Virus record (IMG/VR): IMGVR_UViG_3300033143_003851
Coordinates: 9,904 to 73,903 of that record
Length of the DNA: 64,000 nt
Strand: one strand, 5' to 3'
DNA from: a virus
Part shown: one piece after another, positions 29,616-38,970 of the stretch
Numbering within the stretch: the first letter of the stretch is position 1
Layout of the letters: each line of letters starts with the position of its first letter
Program-made: the position numbers and the translations under genes
Notes under the pieces: model-generated
The model's input: only the letters and a program-made list of their open reading frames with translations
Told to the model about the DNA's origin: nothing
Databases searched by the model: none

Positions 29616-30321
29616 TATTTCACCTCTAGTTGAACTCTACTGTAATTTTTGCCTCTAATAACACCACTACCATTATCATATAAAACATCATATAAATATC
29701 CCATGACTCCACGACTATGTCTAGCACAAATCACTCCTACTTCTCCCTTATATGGCCCTGTAAGACAGGTAACTTTGGTTCCAACCTGTAAACGACCAGG
29801 AGCAGGGTGCTTGGCAGCGTCGTATGATTCAATATATCTTTCAAGAATCCACCCAGTCGTACAATTAACCATATACTCTAGACTTGTTTTTGGATTTGTT
29901 AGCACAGAAATACGAGTAATATATCCAGACAAATTAATATGTTGGACATACACAAGATCTCCCACCTCATACTTATTATTTGAAGTCATCTTCTTAATAT
30001 TCTTTGATACGGTATATAAATTACACTTAGCAATCATAAGTATGTTACTATTCACTTCAATACCTACAAAATTATTAGGGAATAAAATTTTTATTACTCC
30101 AGATTCTTCTCTACCAGCTTCCCACCAATATACAGTATCTCCGACTTTGAAGTTCTGTGTAAGCGGAGGTGGAGTTTTGTGCCAAAATGGATCAAGAGTC
30201 TTTACATACTCTGGTTTCTTCTCATGGAGATTGTCAGGGATAATCTCCATGCAGGACATACACCAGTTTCCACAACTCTCTTTCCCACAGGTTTTACACT
30301 TATATATTTGTAAATCCTTCA
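29615..30321 (-). CDS. Zn-finger plus three tandem KOW/SH3-like repeats
   Basis: FKVGDTVY, YEVGDLVY, LQVGTKVT repeats; start moved to MKDLQ because the track start lies inside a tRNA. Confidence 0.65.
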
Positions 30322-30331
30322 TACTATCACA

Positions 30332-30438
30332 TGGACCTAAGAGGATTCGAACCTCCATTCTTCCTGTCCCTACTCTCCCAGTCTAAGCAACTAAGATTTC
30401 GAACTAAACAGGATGCTTTTCCATTAAGCTATAGGCCC
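30332..30438 (-). tRNA. tRNA with 35-nt anticodon-loop insertion, probably Pro(UGG)
   Basis: GGGCCTA/TAGGTCC-A73, D and T arms intact, TCCTG/CAGGA anticodon stem; removing 30371..30405 gives loop TTTGGGA. Confidence 0.7.
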
Positions 30439-30452
30439 CATAATATATCTTA

Positions 30453-30524
30453 TGGGCCTGGTGGGATTTGAACCCACGACCTTCAGTTTATGAGACTGGT
30501 GCTCTACCACTAAGCTACGGGCCC
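30453..30524 (-). tRNA. tRNA with CAU anticodon, probably Ile2 (otherwise elongator Met)
   Basis: GGGCCCG acceptor typical of archaeal Ile, CT-CAT-AA loop, A73; no initiator triple G-C in the anticodon stem. Confidence 0.85.
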
Positions 30525-31136
30525 AGATATTGAATTAAAAGCATCTCTAAGTTGTGCTACATACCTTTCAATAATCACATACTCACATTCATCTAAACCC
30601 AGGAGGAAACGGGTAGTTTCCTCCCTGGTTGCTAAGCGAATACAGTTATCTGATGAGTCAGGCATGTTATTGCCCTGAAGTCCATTATTTCTTATGGCCT
30701 TTTGATTCTGTAAGAAGATAACTGGATGTGTCCCGTAGTTATGGTCGTTTGGATTTCCAGTGATAACTATAAGGGTGCCAGAGTCAAAAGAATATTGTCC
30801 TCGCCTTACAGTTCGACCAACTGGAACTGGCACTAAATTACTACTACCAACTGTTTGAATAATAAGATTAGCTAACTTAAAAAATATATGCTCTCTTCTA
30901 CCAGTCATATTTGTAGCTGTCTGCTCTATCTCAGTTAATACTTTGGTGAGATTATTCCGAACTACAGTGGCCTCATCAACCTCACCCGATGATGATGATG
31001 CGCTAGTGTCATCATCCCAAGCTCTCTCCATGATACTCAGAATAATCTGTTTTAACTCTATTCTGACATGAAATGTCTGAACAGACATAGCTGCATCTAG
31101 GCGACTTAAAAATTCCCCATAACTTGCTGTTGGCAT
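30510..31136 (-). CDS. Hypothetical protein
   Basis: ORF with GAGGGGA RBS; 3' end overlaps the tRNA(CAU). Confidence 0.65.
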   Translation of the reverse strand: MPTASYGEFLSRLDAAMSVQTFHVRIELKQIILSIMERAWDDDTSASSSSGEVDEATVVRNNLTKVLTEIEQTATNMTGRREHIFFKLANLIIQTVGSSNLVPVPVGRTVRRGQYSFDSGTLIVITGNPNDHNYGTHPVIFLQNQKAIRNNGLQGNNMPDSSDNCIRLATREETTRFLLGLDECEYVIIERYVAQLRDAFNSISGPVA

Positions 31137-31137
31137 G

Positions 31138-31578
31138 TCATTTCCCTCTATATATTATTTTTTTAACTGTAACTGATCTAAATGTCATGGCACTATATTT
31201 TTTATACTCATCTTTTTGATGGTTCTCATGCGAACACCAAACCATCCAGGTGCCTCTATACATAGGATCATATCCAACACACTTTACTACAACAACTTTA
31301 TAGTTAGTAAAACGCAGTTTGCTACTTATATATTTAGCGTAGTCTTTTGCGTGTCTTTTATTAGTAAAAACATGGATACCAAATATTGATTTAAAAAACA
31401 CACTGTCTTTAGATATAGTATCTATACTATTTTTGTTGGCATATGTTCTTCTATTTTTTGTGTAATAAAACTTTCTAATGCAAGATACGAAGATATCGTC
31501 AAGCGTGTCCCACATAAGGACAACTTTATATACTGGGCGACTGTATTTCTTGACAGGGTGAAAATTCTCTAAACACAT
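31138..31578 (-). CDS. Hypothetical phage protein
   Basis: MCL..VYKVV..F.S..FYY..GIHVF..A..VVVKC pattern common in phages; GGAG RBS. Confidence 0.6.
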   Translation of the reverse strand: MCLENFHPVKKYSRPVYKVVLMWDTLDDIFVSCIRKFYYTKNRRTYANKNSIDTISKDSVFFKSIFGIHVFTNKRHAKDYAKYISSKLRFTNYKVVVVKCVGYDPMYRGTWMVWCSHENHQKDEYKKYSAMTFRSVTVKKIIYRGK

Positions 31579-31609
31579 ATGATATCTCCAATATATAGAT
31601 ATATAAGAA

Positions 31610-32677
31610 CTAAAGAAACAGTTTGTTATCTGCACTAACTCCACGACGAAAGTCTTCAAGGGACATCGCAGGTTGTCCAGTAGCCTGCTGACAGATATCA
31701 TCGAGAGCAGCGTGAATCTTGGGAATTGTCTTGTCGTAGATATTTTTGTCAGACCCAATCAGATCATTGAACTCTTCAACCACCTCTGGGTAGTTTGTTC
31801 CCATGTATTTTTTGACAGCTCCCCAAAGACCACTGTCATTGCTCTCAGCATCAGCCACAATCTCTTCTTGGATTTCCTCGATACTAAGAGTATCTACAAC
31901 ATCAGCAACAGGGTCCACAACTTCCGCTTCTTCTTCAGTAGTTTCTTCACTGTCCTCATGGGAACCGAGCTGTTCTAGCTGCTCCATGAGCTGAGCCACA
32001 GTGAGGTTTCCATGCCCCTGCTTGTTGAACTCATGCAAGGTAGCATAGAGGATATTGATATCGTTGTTCTCCTCATCTGTGTTGATTTCTGGTTCAGTGC
32101 TCCTGTCAGCAACAGTAACAACAGCTGTCTGAGCAACAGGTTCAATGTGCTCAAGAGTCTTTGAGGCTGCTTTGTAAAACACAGCAACCCCATCTCGAGG
32201 CAGATGAAGGAAATGTCCGTCTCCTTCAGTAACCGCAACATGAGCTGCAGCCTTGATACCTGCCCAGCCACCCTTACATGCATAGATGGACCCATCCCGC
32301 TTTCTGACCCAACAGGATTTATATACGCTACCAGCAGGCTCATGCCCAATAGCGTTGTCCTCTGGGCCAGTCCAGCGACCTCCATCTTTAGTTTCAGTAG
32401 TGGCCAGCCACCTTTCTCCATCAAACTGGAAAGACCTATCGTATAGGTCTTTCGCATCAATGAGAGCACTTTTCTGGTACTCCCCCGTCTTTACCAGATC
32501 ATACTCTGGCCACTGTTTCTGAACAGAGCGCTTAGACCAACGATCCTCACGGGTCTCTTGCGGAGTTGATGACCTCGGTTGTAAAGTCGAACGAATCGAC
32601 TTGACAACTTCGGGAGTTCGAACCAAGGGAGCACTGCCAAAAAGGGCGGAGATCTGGGGAACCTTCTTATCTGTCAT
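31610..32677 (-). CDS. Putative early protein with acidic C-terminal half
   Basis: GC-richer ORF with its own promoter and a GGTGA RBS before MTDKK. Confidence 0.7.
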   Translation of the reverse strand: MTDKKVPQISALFGSAPLVRTPEVVKSIRSTLQPRSSTPQETREDRWSKRSVQKQWPEYDLVKTGEYQKSALIDAKDLYDRSFQFDGERWLATTETKDGGRWTGPEDNAIGHEPAGSVYKSCWVRKRDGSIYACKGGWAGIKAAAHVAVTEGDGHFLHLPRDGVAVFYKAASKTLEHIEPVAQTAVVTVADRSTEPEINTDEENNDINILYATLHEFNKQGHGNLTVAQLMEQLEQLGSHEDSEETTEEEAEVVDPVADVVDTLSIEEIQEEIVADAESNDSGLWGAVKKYMGTNYPEVVEEFNDLIGSDKNIYDKTIPKIHAALDDICQQATGQPAMSLEDFRRGVSADNKLFL

Positions 32678-32727
32678 TGTATCACCATTTGGGTTTCCAA
32701 CGATTGGACATTGATTTGTTCGTTGTT

Positions 32728-32746
32728 GTATAAATAATTTTCGGGT
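32728..32746 (-). promoter_or_regulatory. Archaeal BRE+TATA promoter
   Basis: Minus strand ACCCGAAAATTATTTATAC. Confidence 0.7.
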
Positions 32747-32775
32747 CATTGCATCACCATCGGTCATAATTTATA

Positions 32776-33300
32776 TTACCACTCACAGACAGTAATAGAA
32801 CCATCAGTATGAATTATAATATTCATCACATCTTTACCAAACTGGTATGCCTGTTTAGCTGTCCAGCACCCACCAGACTTGACATGATCTAGTACTGGGA
32901 CTTTTTTAATATGATGATAGCATGTATCGAAAACCATACCCTGATAGTTATCTGGATACTCATCTACTACGATACATATTAGTGTGTCGCTGTGTTTAGC
33001 GATGTCTATATTTCTTGCCCTATATCCATATCCTTGCGGGTTCCACTGGTGGACTTTAGGGTTAAAAATTAAGTCTGGATTATATATCTTATCATCTTCA
33101 TCCAGATAGTCATCAAGTTTTAGGGCTTCTTCTTCTGCCCAAACATCTATACCACCAACTGGACTACGACCAGATGAGAGTTTGGCACTATAGAGATAAT
33201 GTGCTGTTAAAAGAATATTACGGATGTGCTTTTTAGCAGTTGTCTCTGTGATACTATTGAACTTATCTGCTCCATGCCCAACTATGCCTATAACTGTCAT
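32776..33300 (-). CDS. SLOG superfamily (YspA/DprA-like) nucleotide-binding protein
   Basis: IGIVGH, SGRSPVGGIDVWAE..A, YRARNIDIAKHSD, SGGCWT...A...GK. Confidence 0.75.
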   Translation of the reverse strand: MTVIGIVGHGADKFNSITETTAKKHIRNILLTAHYLYSAKLSSGRSPVGGIDVWAEEEALKLDDYLDEDDKIYNPDLIFNPKVHQWNPQGYGYRARNIDIAKHSDTLICIVVDEYPDNYQGMVFDTCYHHIKKVPVLDHVKSGGCWTAKQAYQFGKDVMNIIIHTDGSITVCEW

Positions 33301-33721
33301 ACTTTCGCCCTCGCAAACTCATTGATAAGTGATCGAAGAAAAAGAAGAAGATATATTTCAAATTTTTCAACAGCTTTATCATCATAGTCGTGTAATCCTA
33401 CTGATGCTTTGCACCACTCTATCCACAATGGGTGTTTTCTTTCGTCTAATATCATTTCAATCCCGCCCTCTTAAGACACACATCACAGCCTATGTTTGTA
33501 GGTCCAATCTCTGTTACTGTGCCACAGTTTGCACAAGTTCTAAGTTTAGACTGTCTTTGGTAGTTGTGCAGTCTTGCTATATAACTACCTATACTCCATC
33601 CTACATCAGATATAGTGGTTGCTGTCATTATATTACCCTCACAATCTGTCTAACATGTCCGCTAGTGGTAGCGCAACAAATAAAACAATGATAATAAGTA
33701 TTACAAAAAACAATTCATCTG

Positions 33722-34111
33722 TCATCTTTTTTGACTCCTTACTTGAAACATGTGTCGGCAACTCTCCATTTTATCAACCATTTTCTGTCTAAGAGTTTCA
33801 AACTCTTCTTTATTATTATTCTCCCAACAGACTGATATCTTATACATAAGAGAATTTTTATAATCACGATGAATATTAGTTGGTAAACAAAACTCTTCGT
33901 AAAGAGGACACTGTATACAGATACCTCTATCCATCCAATTAAACTCATAACAAAACCCACACGCATTCCATATAACAGATGCCCATGCACCGGCTCTACC
34001 AAGCGGTAAATATGATCGCTTAATTAAACGGTCCCATAAGGTATGGTCCCATTTTTTCATACTACTGATAAAATTACTTATCAACACAACTCCCTCCCAC
34101 AGTTGGGACAT
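33722..34111 (-). CDS. Cys-rich hypothetical protein
   Basis: KKW...CGFC...CIQCPL..FC. Confidence 0.6.
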   Translation of the reverse strand: MSQLWEGVVLISNFISSMKKWDHTLWDRLIKRSYLPLGRAGAWASVIWNACGFCYEFNWMDRGICIQCPLYEEFCLPTNIHRDYKNSLMYKISVCWENNNKEEFETLRQKMVDKMESCRHMFQVRSQKR

Positions 34112-34326
34112 CTATAGATACTCTTAACATGTAGTTCCTCTTTGGTTACAATCTCCCACTCTGGATCGGGCGAAACTAGACCCATAAAGTTATATATCTC
34201 TGTAACTCTAAGAAGATGCCACTGAGCATGTCCTTCATAAGAGATATACTTATATTTGTGCCTAAATTTCTCTCTGATAGTAATATCTACAGCATCCTCA
34301 CAATACAGACAACTCACTGGTGCCAC
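34081..34326 (-). CDS. Zn-finger microprotein
   Basis: CLYC...YRCPNCGREL. Confidence 0.6.
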   Translation of the reverse strand: MAPVSCLYCEDAVDITIREKFRHKYKYISYEGHAQWHLLRVTEIYNFMGLVSPDPEWEIVTKEELHVKSIYRCPNCGRELC

Positions 34327-34715
34327 CTTCTGCCACAGGACCAGCAGTCTTCTGGATCATCAGACCCAGCACCACAATCAGGGCAATATTTCGGTATCTC
34401 CACGACACTACCTAGCTGCGGTATTACCAATACCTTGATAGTCTCATCTTTGACACTACCGCTGTCAGATAGTCGAGATTCACAGCACCAGACACAGTTA
34501 CAGTTGACAAAGGGACCATATTTCTCATGGTCTACAACTTTTTGATCTTGGTTGTCAGGGTCAACAATCTTACCAACTACTGCAAAGTCTGTGAGACGCC
34601 CCTGCTCATCATAGAACAAGACCCACATTGAGTTGGTTTCCTCAATGTATATGAAGTGTCCATCTTTCATAAGTATTCCCCCAGAGGGTCCACATATTTT
34701 GCAATCTTTACCCAA
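34314..34715 (-). CDS. Zn-ribbon protein
   Basis: CNCVWC, YCPDCG..CWSCG. Confidence 0.55.
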   Translation of the reverse strand: MGKDCKICGPSGGILMKDGHFIYIEETNSMWVLFYDEQGRLTDFAVVGKIVDPDNQDQKVVDHEKYGPFVNCNCVWCCESRLSDSGSVKDETIKVLVIPQLGSVVEIPKYCPDCGAGSDDPEDCWSCGRRWHQ

Positions 34716-35513
34716 TACTGTCTCTGTTTAACAGTTATGTCATTTCTGCCCAGAAAAGATATGATATCTTGCACGAAGTCATGCTCAGATATAAATAATT
34801 CAGACTCAGCATGGTCAGCGTGGATAGACATCAGATATTCCTCCTGGTGGTGGTGGAACAGATGCTGCATTCATACTTACCCACCCCTTTCTCTTGGATG
34901 TTCACGAGCTTGTGGATGTTTGGCACCCCACAATCTCTGCACATAAGATTTTTGTTCTCGGTTGAGAAAGGCGAGTGAGGACAGTAGTCTCTGTGGTCAT
35001 TAGGGTTGTGCAACCCGAAAGGTTCACCACAGTTCATGCAGACCCAGTGTCTGGATTTGGTCTGAGTTAGGGTACTCACTGCACAGTTGGGACATGTTTT
35101 CATGTCGCAACTACATACTCTGGATCTCTGAAATGCAGCAAGGCTCTGCTGCATTAAATCCAGTTGGTGGTCTGTGAATTTGGCACTAGACAAGATAATC
35201 ATCCTCCATGTACTGCCTCTCGATATCAAGATACCTCTGGATCTCATCTGCACACAGAGGATGGATCTGAAGGGCATCCATGTCTGAAAACATGGCTTTA
35301 CCACACCACGAACAGAGTCTGGTCATCAAACTACCTCCTGTCGAGACTTCACATCTCGATACCAGATCACCCTGCGACGGTAATGCTCTGTATAGCTCAG
35401 TCCAGTCTTCTTCAGGACAATACGATCCCTGAGGCCGTGGGCAGCTCGACTGCCACCCTGCCCAACACTTCTCAGGTCTGCCAACCGCTTCTCCAGGAAG
35501 TTCAGTTTGAGTT

Positions 35514-35852
35514 TCACGGGTAGGCCTCCTGCTGATATATATCAGCCTCGACATCCTGAAGCAGGTCCAGGTAGAACTGAAACTTGAGCTGAACATAAAG
35601 ATCATGCTTGATCTTCATGTAGGTCGCTGAATCCCAGCGGTGCCTGTCGCACCAAGTATATGCGACAGTACGGCCCCCCTTCCAACGAGGGTCATCTGTG
35701 GGGCAAGGAGCCCCTACCATCTTCATATTCTTAGGCACCAACCTAAGAATACCGCAGTTTTTACAGCTACGGTTCGGAACCAAGGAAACAGGGTTGGAGT
35801 TGTTGGTGGACCCAACAACTGAGGACGTCATGGTATCGTTGTTTCGACCCAT
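35514..35852 (-). CDS. Putative early Cys/His protein
   Basis: First ORF after a strong promoter; GGTGG RBS; CKNC..C..CDRH. Confidence 0.6.
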   Translation of the reverse strand: MGRNNDTMTSSVVGSTNNSNPVSLVPNRSCKNCGILRLVPKNMKMVGAPCPTDDPRWKGGRTVAYTWCDRHRWDSATYMKIKHDLYVQLKFQFYLDLLQDVEADIYQQEAYP

Positions 35853-35880
35853 TTTTCCACCAACCATACATTGTATTGCC

Positions 35881-35901
35881 AACTATATAAACATTTCGGT
35901 T
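35881..35901 (-). promoter_or_regulatory. Archaeal BRE+TATA promoter
   Basis: Minus strand ACCGAAATGTTTATATAGTT, near consensus. Confidence 0.8.
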
Positions 35902-35940
35902 TGTTGCATCATCTCCATTTTACATATTTACATGATACCA

Positions 35941-36205
35941 CTAGTTCTATACTATGTATATACACTAGTGTATATACACCTAAAGGTGTATATACATTCT
36001 ATACTATAGTTCTATACTATACATATCTTAATAGATATCTATATCTAATACTAACTCTATGTAAGGCACAGAGTTAGAGTTAGAGACAGAGTTAGAGACA
36101 GAGATCTGTCTCTAACTAACTGAATGACTGACGAAAAACATGGTCAGACGTGGTCAGACATAGTATAAGTGCATTAATTTAGATATTTGTAAGAGATATC
36201 TAATA
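35941..36205. repeat. Palindrome and short-repeat-rich non-coding block
   Basis: 24-bp perfect palindrome TGTATATACACTAGTGTATATACA, TTCTATACTAT x3, GAGTTA/GAGACA hexamer run with a 12-bp inverted repeat, TGGTCAGAC x2. Confidence 0.85.
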
Positions 36206-36250
36206 ATTGCACGGTTTATACATAGAATAAGAGCACAAAAATATAGGGTT

Positions 36251-36265
36251 AAAAAAACAAAAAAA
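36251..36265 (-). terminator. Archaeal oligo-T terminator
   Basis: T7-G-T7 on the minus strand just after the stop of 36268..36471. Confidence 0.65.
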
Positions 36266-36467
36266 GACTAAGAGGTGATGTTTGCCCATATATCTAAATC
36301 AAACTTAGACATATATACAGTGGTAGTGTCAGGCAGATCAAACACAATAGTATTAATCCACAACCCTCTACCTGCGTCTATAGTGTTGTAACCAAACTCT
36401 GCATGACCAACTATAGACACAAATATAGATACACTATCTATCACCATTTTGTAGCTAAAGATCCATT

Positions 36468-36737
36468 TCATTTTACATCACTATCCAAGTTAAATAAATC
36501 AATTGGTTCTTCAGGTATCAAATATCCATAAGATAACTCTATCATGCCTGTTCTGTAGCTGGCACAAGCTCGCTCGCACATAGGAAAGCCTTCATATTCA
36601 TCAAGTTTAAGATCTACTACCCAGTAAAAAAGACCACCAGTATCACTATCTCTATCTACAGCACTATAGTTAGCAGCAACCATATCATAGTCATCGTTGC
36701 TCCAAAACTCATCTAGTTCCTCACAGTACTGACACAT
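36468..36737 (-). CDS. Small acidic hypothetical protein
   Basis: MCQYCEE..; packed in operon. Confidence 0.55.
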   Translation of the reverse strand: MCQYCEELDEFWSNDDYDMVAANYSAVDRDSDTGGLFYWVVDLKLDEYEGFPMCERACASYRTGMIELSYGYLIPEEPIDLFNLDSDVK

Positions 36738-37080
36738 ACTTAGTACTCTCCCAACAGATCGTCCGTCTCTTCAAAGTCAAGGTGGCAGTTGTCCTCTTGC
36801 AACTGACCAATGGACCGAGCGTCAAATACCGCCCAGTCAAACTTCTTCAGGGCCCAGTAGACAACTTGCAAAGTAAGATCAACTTCAATCCAGGTTCCCA
36901 TTTACTTGCCCCCAGAGGCCAGCAATCCCAACTTGCCAAAGTCCAAACTACAGGCAACGGATATTACATCCGTTCTCTGCAGCTCACCAATATCTCCAAC
37001 CAGAACGAAGGGTTTGACCTCTGCCCTGGAGACAGAGGTGGTGGTCGAGGGTTTGTCGCTTGACATGTTATTCCTCCAGA

Positions 37081-37263
37081 GTCTCTGTGGGTTCCGAACC
37101 CATCAATCCTCACAGGACAGAGACATGTAGTGATTTTGTTTTTAGCAGTATCAACACAACTGCTCTGCCCTCGTTCGTCTCAGGTGAGGGGACCATGTAA
37201 CAGATCATCATCTGTTATACAAGCAAGAATCAGGTGCCCCAGCCAAGGGGCACTTGCTACTGC
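37081..37263 (-). ncRNA. Candidate structured RNA or cis-regulatory leader
   Basis: Nested inverted repeats GCAGTA..TACTGC, GTGCCCC..GGGGCAC, TAACAGAT..ATCTGTTA, CCCTC..GAGGG, and a separate three-way junction GTCTCTG..CAGAGAC. Confidence 0.45.
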
Positions 37264-37301
37264 ATTTTTATACCTCCATATTTTGGGTTTTAGCCTCGGT
37301 C

Positions 37302-38210
37302 TCAGGAGATATAGAGGGCGGAACCAGGGGTTCCATCTTTTCTCACAATGACCTTGCCAGTGTTGTTGGCCTTCCTGAACGAAGTGATTTGGGAGTCGGT
37401 GCCATAGCGAGGCAGGTCGGCCCCAGTCTGAATCAGGACCTTTCCAACTCGCCCGAGAGCCTCATTGTAGAAGTTTTTTGAGGAGTTTGCGAGGGCCCAG
37501 TTCCAGGCATCACACTCATCTGAGTGCGTTGCTCTGAGGTGCTTTTTGATGGCCCCCCATTTGTAGCCTGTCAGGTCGCAGGCTGCGAGGATATCAGTAA
37601 CCAGACTGATAGTTCGATTCTGGGTGCCTTTCGGGACCTGAACTGCGGGGACCTCGGGTTTTGGGGGTGGAGGTGGTGCCACCTGGTCGAAGTGGCCCCA
37701 GCGAGTATCTTGGGGGGCACTGATCTGGGCCACAATGGTCTTGTTGGGAACCATCTGAGGTTTGTCCTTGATAGGCACGGGAGTTGAGGTGGTAGCCTCA
37801 ACCTCAACCAGGCTGTGAGACCCATCTTTCTTCAGGTGGAGGATGAAACCCCCTTGGGCCACGAACTCAGGGGCATATTGCTCCAGGGCAGCCTGTGAGT
37901 ATCGCCAGGCTCGGGTCTTGCCCTTGCTCCAGGCCCAGATGGCCTTGAGGACCTTGCCATCATGGTTGCTGATGCGGGAACCGACAACGGTCCCCTTGCG
38001 GTTCTCGTATGTCTTGATTGCATAGGCCCAGGCGGCCTCTACAACCTCACGCTCGGACAGGTCCTCAGGGACCTCAACATCTGTGAAATACCAGTTTCCC
38101 CCATGAGGGGTGAACTGCAGTCCACAAAACAAAACGGGGTTTGGTCCATCACCGAGGGCAATGGATGAGGGGTCAATGGTGTTGTTTGATACCATATTTG
38201 TTTCCTCCAA
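37302..38210 (-). CDS. Putative immediate-early protein with Pro-rich linker
   Basis: GC-rich ORF, first gene of the left arm, with promoter and GGAGG RBS; PPPPPKPE linker. Confidence 0.72.
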   Translation of the reverse strand: MEETNMVSNNTIDPSSIALGDGPNPVLFCGLQFTPHGGNWYFTDVEVPEDLSEREVVEAAWAYAIKTYENRKGTVVGSRISNHDGKVLKAIWAWSKGKTRAWRYSQAALEQYAPEFVAQGGFILHLKKDGSHSLVEVEATTSTPVPIKDKPQMVPNKTIVAQISAPQDTRWGHFDQVAPPPPPKPEVPAVQVPKGTQNRTISLVTDILAACDLTGYKWGAIKKHLRATHSDECDAWNWALANSSKNFYNEALGRVGKVLIQTGADLPRYGTDSQITSFRKANNTGKVIVRKDGTPGSALYIS

Positions 38211-38230
38211 TGGTGAGTAAGTTGGTGGTT

Positions 38231-38250
38231 GTATATAAATGTTTGGTGGG
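38231..38250 (-). promoter_or_regulatory. Archaeal BRE+TATA promoter
   Basis: Minus strand CCCACCAAACATTTATATAC. Confidence 0.7.
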
Positions 38251-38393
38251 ATGTCCCATGATGAGGCACCGAGAGTTCTAGGTGCAAGGGGTTAAAATGG
38301 GGGATATAAGGGAATATTGGTGTCATGAGGGGTGCCAAAAAAGGCGGGTTTTTCGGGGGTTAGTTGGTCAGGGGCACCAAACCATAGGCAGCT

Positions 38394-38900
38394 GGCACTA
38401 GTGAGCCTGGAGCTATGGTTGGAGTTGGGGGAACTATATAAAGCCTATGCAATATAGCTAGTGAAAAGACCAACTATGTGTAATATGGCCACCAGTTGTA
38501 TAGATATGTGCATATACCGATCCTATAAATATAGGCAACTAGTGTTAGAACTAGTGTATTGAGAATATAGTTCCTAGTATCAGGTCTAGTAACCTAGTGT
38601 ATGGGTAGCACTAGTTAGTAACCTGGTGTTAACTAATAAGGGTTTAGTAACTAAACCTCTTCTATACACTGTGTGATCTCTTGAAGAGTCTTCTCAGAGA
38701 GGACCGGTGCCTCGGAGAGACTCGTGGTTTGGAGAGGGGGACAGGGGGCTCTATTTGGGTACTACCTCCACAACATTATAATTTTTCTCAAATCTATATT
38801 TCATTGATTGCACTAGGTATATACCTTTAGGTATATACTAGAACATAGTACTACTCTATGTTCTATACTATGTTCTATACTATAGTATATACACTGTGCA
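38394..38900. repeat. CTAG-rich repeat and hairpin block at the strand switch (candidate origin or packaging region)
   Basis: Repeated CTAGT and TAGTAAC, palindromes GGTTTAGT-A-ACTAAACC and GTATATACC-TTTA-GGTATATAC, TTCTATACTAT x2. Confidence 0.75.
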
Positions 38901-38932
38901 TTAGAACCGTTTACTGTTTTTGATATTTACTA

Positions 38933-38948
38933 GGAAAGGTTTATAAGT
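38933..38948 (+). promoter_or_regulatory. Archaeal BRE+TATA promoter for the right arm
   Basis: GGAAAGGTTTATAAGT about 24 nt before ATG 38971, suggesting a leaderless mRNA. Confidence 0.75.
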
Positions 38949-38970
38949 AGGCGTAACTAATGATATAACT

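Noticed and set aside
29649-30386. 245-aa plus-strand ORF and similar antisense ORFs (for example 16764..17360, 44546..45052)
   Set aside because: Antisense shadows of better-supported genes in strictly co-oriented arms.
30371-30408. Suppressor or Leu(UAG) reading of the interrupted tRNA
   Set aside because: No long variable arm for Leu, canonical splicing gives a pyrimidine at 37, and a UUA anticodon is out of register with the stem.
35941-36205. Mini-CRISPR array
   Set aside because: Repeats are 6-12 bp, irregularly spaced and lack unique spacers of constant length.
37081-37124. Hammerhead ribozyme
   Set aside because: A three-way junction is present but the CUGANGA and GAAA core is not matched on either strand.
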